A stretch of 28,800 bases of DNA from a virus (lineage: Duplodnaviria; Caudoviricetes): the IMG/VR virus record IMGVR_UViG_3300048575_000179, positions 1 through 28,800 of that record. The stretch is one strand, 5' to 3'. The translations under genes were made by a program, and so were the position numbers. Below the pieces are notes generated by a model. That model ran no database searches. It was not told the origin of the DNA and worked only from the letters and a program-made list of their open reading frames with translations. How positions within the stretch are numbered: position 1 is the first letter of the stretch; each line of letters begins with the position of its first letter. Positions 1 through 4,888 of this stretch are shown here, piece by piece.

Positions 1-81
1 GCGGGGCGCCTCGTCATCTCCGGGCGCATGGCCGATGTGTGCGCCGAACTCGAACGCATGGTGCGCCGCGAACAGGGCTGA
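1..81 (+). CDS. 3' end of a small host hypothetical protein (partial)
   Basis: Frame 1 reads AGRLVISGRMADVCAELERMVRREQG* with GC-rich codons. The GR.VISGRMADVCAEL motif is one I recall from small conserved Comamonadaceae proteins. Confidence 0.6.
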   Translation, partial: AGRLVISGRMADVCAELERMVRREQG

Positions 82-181
82 ACGGCGCATGGCCCGCAAG
101 GCGGCGGCCATTCCCGGCATGTCCCACTGACTTACCTGCTGTTGCAACGGCCACGGGGTACCGCCAGGGCACAATGGCGGG

Positions 182-217
182 ATGAACATCGTGATCCTTG
201 ATTATCAACTTCTATAG
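182..217 (+). pseudogene. Truncated 5' end of a host gene, probably D-2-hydroxyacid dehydrogenase family, interrupted by prophage insertion
   Basis: ATG AAC ATC GTG ATC CTT GAT TAT CAA CTT CTA TAG = MNIVILDYQLL*. This matches the M(N/K)I(V/A)ILDDYQ start typical of that family. CACAAT at 170-175 is a plausible -10. Sequence turns AT-rich at about 198. Confidence 0.55.
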
Positions 218-263
218 GTAAATTTTGAATTTTCTTAACTACCTATACAAAAAGTTATACAAA
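196..263. other. Probable prophage attachment junction (att core plus arm-type sites)
   Basis: AT-rich island with palindrome TTGAT-T-ATCAA (198-208), inverted repeat TATAGGTA (213-220)/TACCTATA (240-247) and direct repeat TATACAAA (244-251, 256-263). It lies between host sequence and the last phage terminator. Confidence 0.55.
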
Positions 264-310
264 CTCAACACTCGCCCACATCGCCTTCCCACGCAATGCG
301 CAGGCCATGG

Positions 311-338
311 AAACAAAAAACCCGGCCTAGGCCGGGTT
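311..338 (-). terminator. Rho-independent terminator closing the accessory operons
   Basis: Perfect palindrome AACCCGGCCT/AGGCCGGGTT (319-338) running into TTTTTTGTTT on the minus strand, about 30 nt after the last HTH gene. Confidence 0.85.
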
Positions 339-370
339 CTCTGCCAGCTCGGCAGAACGTGCAACGCACA

Positions 371-559
371 TCATTTTTTTTCCTGCGCCTTGAGCAAAAA
401 AAGCTCAAAGAACGCCGGGTGCATGGCGCGCCTACCGCCCTCCCAGTCCTGCCACCCGCGCAAGGTGCAGTAAATCAGCGCTGCGGCCTGGGTTTGCGTC
501 AGCCCTGCAGCGGCGCGGGCCTCGCGGATGGCGCTCGGGAATGGGGATTCGGGGATCAT
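371..559 (-). CDS. XRE-type HTH repressor, Aca10-like, copy B (62 aa)
   Basis: MIPESPFPSAIREARAAAGLTQTQAAALIYCTLRGWQDWEGGRRAMHPAFFELFLLKAQEKK. ATGA overlap at 556-559. HTH_3 pattern plus W..WE.G.R.MHP...ELFLLK, as I recall for Aca10. Last gene of its operon. Confidence 0.85.
   Translation of the reverse strand: MIPESPFPSAIREARAAAGLTQTQAAALIYCTLRGWQDWEGGRRAMHPAFFELFLLKAQEKK
383..533. repeat. Direct repeat of the HTH gene core (pairs with 1578-1728)
   Basis: Offset 1195 bp. 48 of 50 core amino acids are identical and most nucleotide differences are synonymous. Confidence 0.95.
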
Positions 560-804
560 GGATTGCGCTCCAGCCACTCCCCGGCCTCGCGGGCCAGGCG
601 CATTAGGCGCTGGGCCAGGTCATGCAACGGCACGCCACGCGCCAGCTCGTAGTCCTGGAACTCGCCCAGGGTTTCGGGCGCGACCTTGATGTCGACGAAC
701 CCGTCGCCGCGCCCCACCGTGAATTCCGCGCCGCTGATGTGGCGCAGGCGGCCATTGGGCAACCGGGACCAAGCCCTGTGCCAGTTTCGATGCCTTCCGC
801 TCAT
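556..804 (-). CDS. Hypothetical protein, operon B cargo 3 (82 aa)
   Basis: MSGRHRNWHRAWSRLPNGRLRHISGAEF...; ATGA overlaps at both ends (801-804, 556-559). Confidence 0.8.
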   Translation of the reverse strand: MSGRHRNWHRAWSRLPNGRLRHISGAEFTVGRGDGFVDIKVAPETLGEFQDYELARGVPLHDLAQRLMRLAREAGEWLERNP

Positions 805-1139
805 GGGATTTCCTGTTTTCCGTATGCATCCCGCACCCGCCCCTCCCACACCACGGGGCCGCCCAGCAGTCCAGCGATCTGCCGGGCCGTGGCCCAGGCA
901 GTGGAGCGCTCACCATGGCCCGCATCGGGCAACGAACTGCTGAACAACAAATAAGCCTCCCCCACCCACAGCGCGGCATCCAGCCGGGCCGCGTCATCTT
1001 GCGCGGCGGTGAAGGCCGCGGCGGCCTGCTGCATTGCCTCGACGCCCTCATTTGCGCGCGGATACTTAAAGACGATGGGGGAATCTTCGAGGGTGGCCGC
1101 AATGGCCGCCACCTCTTCAATGACGGCGGCGATCATCAT
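801..1139 (-). CDS. Hypothetical protein, operon B cargo 2 (112 aa)
   Basis: MMIAAVIEEVAAIAATLEDSPIVFKYP...; ATGA overlaps at both ends. Confidence 0.75.
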   Translation of the reverse strand: MMIAAVIEEVAAIAATLEDSPIVFKYPRANEGVEAMQQAAAAFTAAQDDAARLDAALWVGEAYLLFSSSLPDAGHGERSTAWATARQIAGLLGGPVVWEGRVRDAYGKQEIP

Positions 1140-1471
1140 GCGCGCTCGACGTTGAGGGCTTCGGACACATCAACACCCAGGGCCGAGGCACCCAGCGCTG
1201 CCACGTCGTGCGCAGCCCCGTCAAGAGGGACCAGGAACTCTACCTTGTCGCCCTCTGCGCCATCTTCCCAGGCGTGCCAGATCTCGATTTCTGCGGACTC
1301 AATGGCCAGCCAGTCGCGCAGGCTCGGATGGCACTCGGCGATCTGCTGCTCTGCGGCTGCGCGGTCAAAGTTGTCGCCGGATGCCATCAAGCTCCGGTTG
1401 CATGCGTCTGCTGCGGCGCGGGTGTCCACGGTCTTGACAGTGGCGACGATGGTGTATTCAGTGCGGATCAT
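1136..1471 (-). CDS. Acidic hypothetical protein, operon B cargo 1 (111 aa), candidate anti-defence protein
   Basis: MIRTEYTIVATVKTVD...; SD GAGGAG upstream of the ATG at 1471. 21 D/E versus 8 K/R. First gene after promoter B. Confidence 0.8.
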   Translation of the reverse strand: MIRTEYTIVATVKTVDTRAAADACNRSLMASGDNFDRAAAEQQIAECHPSLRDWLAIESAEIEIWHAWEDGAEGDKVEFLVPLDGAAHDVAALGASALGVDVSEALNVERA

Positions 1472-1497
1472 GATGTTTCTCCTCGGAGATCCCTCTA

Positions 1498-1561
1498 CCG
1501 GAGGGCGTCGGCGGCAATCAATTTCGATCACCATGGGGTAGATTATACACGCATTGCGTGC
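1498..1561. repeat. 64-bp promoter/leader direct repeat, copy B (pairs with 3099-3162)
   Basis: 59 of 64 identical at offset 1601 by manual alignment. Confidence 0.95.
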
Positions 1562-1569
1562 ATGATCAA
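1542..1569 (-). promoter_or_regulatory. Sigma70-type promoter B with palindromic operator
   Basis: Minus strand reads TTGATC-N16-TATAAT. The spacer holds the perfect inverted repeat CACGCA-N-TGCGTG (1548-1560), directly abutting the -10. Confidence 0.85.
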
Positions 1570-1748
1570 TCTCTTTTCTGCGCCTTGAGCAAAAAAAGCT
1601 CAAAGAATGCCGGGTGCATGGCGCGCCTACCGCCCTCCCAATCCTGCCACCCGCGCAGGGTGCAGTAGATCAGCTCGGCGGCCCGGGTTTGGGTCAGGCC
1701 TGCAGCGGCACGGGCCTCGCGGATGGCGGTTGGCGTTGGTGATGTCAT
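1566..1748 (-). CDS. XRE-type HTH repressor, Aca10-like, copy A (60 aa)
   Basis: MTSPTPTAIREARAAAGLTQTRAAELIYCTLRGWQDWEGGRRAMHPAFFELFLLKAQKRD. ATGA overlap at 1745-1748. Its stop codon lies within the -35 of promoter B. Confidence 0.85.
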   Translation of the reverse strand: MTSPTPTAIREARAAAGLTQTRAAELIYCTLRGWQDWEGGRRAMHPAFFELFLLKAQKRD

Positions 1749-2494
1749 TTGCTCTCCAGGCACTCGCATGCCTCAATATCCTCAGCTCGCATAGGGCGGC
1801 GCACCCAGCTCTGCACACCATCGTCAGAGATCAGCTCCAGCGACCAAGCGCCGCCATCGGCATCAATTGCCAGGACAATCGCGCGCCCACGCAGCACAGC
1901 AGGGGATAACTCCATCCCCATCATCGCCGCATCCGCCCGAGCAACTCTCGCAGCCTGCACAGCCAAAGCCATGGCCTTGGCCTGCTTGCCAGCCAGCATC
2001 CAAGCATTTGCCCGCATGCCCCACCCTGCAGGCTTTGTGGCCTGTGCAGCGCTGCGCAGTGCCTCGCGCGTGGCTGACGATGCTGGCCGCCCACGCTTGG
2101 CCTGTGCCATGCGGGCACGCGCCTCAGGGAGCGCAGCACGCGCACGCCCAGCAGCGGCGGCATCCACAGGGACGCCGGTACGCGCTTGCAGTAGTTGACG
2201 TGTGCCATCCGTCACACGCCCTACCCCAAGCGCCTTGCGCCACATCCACACCTTTGTGGCGCCAACACCCCACCAATAGCAAACAGCCTCCACCGACTCC
2301 ATGCGCACAGCACGCGCAAGCTCAGGCGTCAGGATCAAGGATGGCCGACCTGTTTTTTTTCGGCGCGGCCATGCGATGGGCGCAGACGTCCATCCTCCGA
2401 CCTCTACGCGCCCATCCACCTCGTCGTCCAGCCAGTCACCAACGATGCATGCAGGAGGGGTGTATGGGCCAGCAAGCAGCTCAGGCACCAGCAC
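1745..2494 (-). CDS. Hypothetical protein with HTH-like and NUMOD3-like segments, operon A cargo 4 (249 aa)
   Basis: GTG start with GGAGG upstream. ESVEAVCYWWGVGATKVWMWRKALG is HTH-like and KRGRPASSATREALRSA is NUMOD3-like. Confidence 0.7.
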   Translation of the reverse strand: MLVPELLAGPYTPPACIVGDWLDDEVDGRVEVGGWTSAPIAWPRRKKTGRPSLILTPELARAVRMESVEAVCYWWGVGATKVWMWRKALGVGRVTDGTRQLLQARTGVPVDAAAAGRARAALPEARARMAQAKRGRPASSATREALRSAAQATKPAGWGMRANAWMLAGKQAKAMALAVQAARVARADAAMMGMELSPAVLRGRAIVLAIDADGGAWSLELISDDGVQSWVRRPMRAEDIEACECLESK

Positions 2495-2714
2495 GGCCTG
2501 CAGCCTCCAGTGCAGCGCGTGCCTTGCGCTGGTCGAGCACGCTTACAGCACCAGCATTGAGCATGGCCAGCACCCCTACAGCAGAGCGACCGAGTGCGCC
2601 GATCTCCATGCCGCGCTGGATGGTGCCAAGCATCTCCCATCCTGGCGGCACAGTGTGCTGGTAGAGGCGCCAGGGGCCGCCTGGCGTGATTGTGAGACGG
2701 GCCCTGTTGGTCAT
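2481..2714 (-). CDS. Hypothetical protein, operon A cargo 3 (77 aa)
   Basis: MTNRARLTITPGGPWRLYQHTVPPGWEMLGTIQRG...; ATGA overlap at 2711-2714. Confidence 0.8.
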   Translation of the reverse strand: MTNRARLTITPGGPWRLYQHTVPPGWEMLGTIQRGMEIGALGRSAVGVLAMLNAGAVSVLDQRKARAALEAAGRAGA

Positions 2715-2884
2715 TGCAGTCGTGCCTCCGTTTCGGCGTTGCCGACATAGCCGTACAGATACCAGCCGGTGGTGTTGGTGTTTGGCATGACACCGCGGAC
2801 ATGGATCTCACCATCGCGGGTAATGCGGTACATGCGAGCGCCAAACTCGGCAACCAGTGCAGCGCGGATTTGAGCGATGGTCAT
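2711..2884 (-). CDS. Hypothetical protein, operon A cargo 2 (57 aa)
   Basis: MTIAQIRAALVAEFGARMYRITRDGEIHVRGVMPNTNTTGWYLYGYVGNAETEARLQ. TAATG overlap with the upstream gene and a GGAGG SD. Confidence 0.8.
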   Translation of the reverse strand: MTIAQIRAALVAEFGARMYRITRDGEIHVRGVMPNTNTTGWYLYGYVGNAETEARLQ

Positions 2885-3075
2885 TAGATGGCCTCCACTT
2901 GTGCCTTGGCCCAGCCCTTGCACCATCCCATACCGTAAGCCTGGGTGCGGGCATTGAACTTGTCCAGCATGGCTTGCGTGATGATCCATGCCTTGCGTTG
3001 CGCGTCCCACTTGCCGCCTGCAGCCTTGATGGACTCGCGGATTTCGTAGGCGTTGGTTACTGCGTAGTTGGTCAT
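2884..3075 (-). CDS. Hypothetical protein, operon A cargo 1 (63 aa), DUF5710-like motif
   Basis: MTNYAVTNAYEIRESIKAAGGKWDAQRKAW...; AAGGAAG SD. The K..G.kWd...K.W pattern recalls DUF5710. Confidence 0.75.
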   Translation of the reverse strand: MTNYAVTNAYEIRESIKAAGGKWDAQRKAWIITQAMLDKFNARTQAYGMGWCKGWAKAQVEAI

Positions 3076-3098
3076 TTTTTCTTCCTTGCCCCTCATTG

Positions 3099-3162
3099 CC
3101 GGGAGGCGCCGGTGGCAATCAATCTCGATCACCATGGGGTAGATTATACACGCATTGCGTGC
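3099..3162. repeat. 64-bp promoter/leader direct repeat, copy A
   Basis: Matches 1498-1561 with 5 mismatches. Confidence 0.95.
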
Positions 3163-3170
3163 GTTTACAT
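3143..3170 (-). promoter_or_regulatory. Promoter A with the same palindromic operator
   Basis: TATAAT at 3148-3143 and operator at 3149-3161. The -35 is a weaker match (ATGTAA). Begins immediately after the Rz stop codon. Confidence 0.8.
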
Positions 3171-3679
3171 CATTCTCCCAAAACTTTTTTAGGCCATGCC
3201 TGCCGCATCATCACTGCATCAGCTGCGTGCCCATCAGCTGCTGCCGCGATTGCTGCACCTCGCTGCGCCAGTCGCTCACCTCGCTCTGCCATGCGCTCGA
3301 ATACGGATGTGCAGGTGCTGGCGTACTCGGCGAGGGCGGGCTGGGCAGCACTGGCGATGCGGTCTGGCAGACCTGCGAAGTCGCCGCGCAGCCCTGCAGT
3401 AGTGCCACGCAGGTCAAGCAGCAGGCGGCCAAGGTCTTGCTGGGCCTGCTGGTTGCGCTGCTGGGTTGTGCGGAAGGTGTCGAGAGCATCTGTGAGTCCT
3501 TTCTGATAACCTGCCATGTTGGCCACGGCTTGGCGCGCGCCGGCCAACTGGGCGCCTGTCTGCTGGTGCTTGAGTTGCTCGACCTGCAGGCCGTACCGCT
3601 GCCCCTGCACCCACCATGCGCCACTGGCGGCAATCCCAGCGGCGGCCACTGCCGCCACCATGTGCGTTGCCAAAGTCAT
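3170..3679 (-). CDS. Rz-like inner-membrane spanin (169 aa)
   Basis: N-terminal TM segment (MVAAVAAAGIAASGAWWV) followed by a Q/A-rich coiled coil. Lies downstream of the endolysin and contains an embedded lipoprotein ORF. Confidence 0.85.
   Translation of the reverse strand: MTLATHMVAAVAAAGIAASGAWWVQGQRYGLQVEQLKHQQTGAQLAGARQAVANMAGYQKGLTDALDTFRTTQQRNQQAQQDLGRLLLDLRGTTAGLRGDFAGLPDRIASAAQPALAEYASTCTSVFERMAERGERLAQRGAAIAAAADGHAADAVMMRQAWPKKVLGE
3211..3489 (-). CDS. Rz1-like outer-membrane lipoprotein spanin embedded in Rz (about 92 aa)
   Basis: Alternative frame MLSTPSAQ...LAACCLTCVALLQG-C lipobox, then a Pro-rich linker (PVLPSPPSPSTPAP) and a C-terminal helix. Confidence 0.75.
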   Translation of the reverse strand: MLSTPSAQPSSATSRPSKTLAACCLTCVALLQGCAATSQVCQTASPVLPSPPSPSTPAPAHPYSSAWQSEVSDWRSEVQQSRQQLMGTQLMQ

Positions 3680-3729
3680 TTCCAGCACCTCCACCAGTAC
3701 CAGACCATCCAGATCATGTAGGGGCTCAT
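3676..3729 (-). CDS. 17-aa Trp-rich peptide MSPYMIWMVWYWWRCWK
   Basis: ATG overlaps the endolysin TGA (3726-3729) and TGA overlaps the Rz ATG (3676-3679). GGAGG SD upstream. Confidence 0.55.
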   Translation of the reverse strand: MSPYMIWMVWYWWRCWK

Positions 3730-4352
3730 CGCTTGGCCTCCCTGGTGGCCAGCGCATCCAACGTGGCGGCAGAGAAATGCCCGTCCCGCCCCCACTCCGC
3801 GCACAGTTCGCGCGTGGCGTCGCGCCGGTCCATCAAGCCAGGCAGCCGCGTCTTGACGCCGCCCACGGTGCCGAACACCCAGCGCGGCATCTGCTGGCAT
3901 GCGCCGACCAGGTTGCCCGCATTGGCCATGGCCAGCAGCGTGGTGTCGGGCGCCAGGGCCGATGGCACGTTGTAGGCCACGTCGATAAAGCTGGCCTGTA
4001 CCCACACGTTGTAGGCGTCCCAGTGCTTGAGCGCGCCGCGCGCGATGCGCTCGGCCTCGCGGTACTTGCGCAGCTCCAGGCGCTCGCAGTCCGCAGGGGT
4101 GTAGTAGCGCCCCGCCACGACCTCGGGGCCCGTGACGCCCGCGCACACCGTCAGCGGCTGCCCCTTGCCTGCGCGGTCAACGTAGGGCGTGCCGATGTGC
4201 CGGCCGCTGCTCTCGTAGTAGCTGCCCAGCTCGCGCGCCAGCACCACGGCGGCGCTGGGTTTGTCCGGGACATGCGTGGCCACCGCGCCGGCGGCGCCGA
4301 TGGCCAGCGCCGTGGCTGCCTGCAGCAGGCGGTTCTTGAGAATTTCTTTCAT
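3726..4352 (-). CDS. Endolysin, GH24 lysozyme with probable SAR anchor (208 aa)
   Basis: Basic N-terminus plus Ala/Gly-rich weak TM (LLQAATALAIGAAGAVA). Motifs E..PYVD..TVCAGVTG, AYNV, W...GG...LPGL..RR. Confidence 0.92.
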   Translation of the reverse strand: MKEILKNRLLQAATALAIGAAGAVATHVPDKPSAAVVLARELGSYYESSGRHIGTPYVDRAGKGQPLTVCAGVTGPEVVAGRYYTPADCERLELRKYREAERIARGALKHWDAYNVWVQASFIDVAYNVPSALAPDTTLLAMANAGNLVGACQQMPRWVFGTVGGVKTRLPGLMDRRDATRELCAEWGRDGHFSAATLDALATREAKR

Positions 4353-4642
4353 TTGTGTCCTTTGATGGCAGACCACAGCCCTACCCCGGCGGCGGCCAGG
4401 GCAACGATGTAGGACATGGGGCGCGCGAGGCGCCCCAGCCAGTTCAAAACTTTGAAGGCGCCCTGCATGGCGCGGAATACCTCCACCAGCTCAGCCGTGC
4501 CGGCCTGGATGGCCTCGGTTGCGGCGGTATTCGCCGCCAGGCCCTCTTCGATGCGCGTCATGCGTGCGGCGCCCTCGCCGAGCTGTTGCTGGATGTCCCG
4601 CACCGTCAGCGGATGGATTTCCGTGCCGAAGTCGTCTTGCAT
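4349..4642 (-). CDS. Holin-like membrane protein (97 aa)
   Basis: Coiled-coil N-terminus with a C-terminal hydrophobic helix (YIVALAAAGVGLWSAI). ATGA-coupled to the endolysin. Confidence 0.6.
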   Translation of the reverse strand: MQDDFGTEIHPLTVRDIQQQLGEGAARMTRIEEGLAANTAATEAIQAGTAELVEVFRAMQGAFKVLNWLGRLARPMSYIVALAAAGVGLWSAIKGHK

Positions 4643-4651
4643 AGCCCTCCC

Positions 4652-4888
4652 TTAGATCTCGATGACGATGGCCGGCCCCAGATCAGGCGCCGGGCCGGTG
4701 ATGGCGCCGCCCTGCACGTAGACGGCTGCGCCCTGGATGGATTCGAAGGGATCGCGCACGCGCGCCTGCGCCCCTCCGGGATAGCCCACAGTGGCCGTGC
4801 CATCGGCATGCACGGCCAGCACGTGCCCGCTGAGCACGGGGTCGGCGGGCAGCAGCTCCGCGAGGCGGCGGTAGATGTCGGTGCTCAT
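4652..4888 (-). CDS. Small tail-tip associated protein (78 aa)
   Basis: Beta-rich OB-like pattern (GHVLAVHADGTATV...AVYVQGG). ATGA-coupled to the upstream tail gene. Confidence 0.65.
   Translation of the reverse strand: MSTDIYRRLAELLPADPVLSGHVLAVHADGTATVGYPGGAQARVRDPFESIQGAAVYVQGGAITGPAPDLGPAIVIEI

Noticed and set aside
198-208. TTGAT-T-ATCAA as an FNR box
   Set aside because: FNR sites have a 4-nt spacer and this has 1. It fits a recombination junction better.
371-1748. HTH genes as antitoxins of toxin-antitoxin pairs
   Set aside because: The upstream genes differ between the two copies and show no RelE/HigB/HicA motifs. The shared operator and terminal position fit an Aca-type repressor better, although this is not excluded.
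2353-2360. A8 run in the 249-aa cargo gene as a phase-variation tract
   Set aside because: The run is short, the frame is intact and it encodes a basic RKKT patch.
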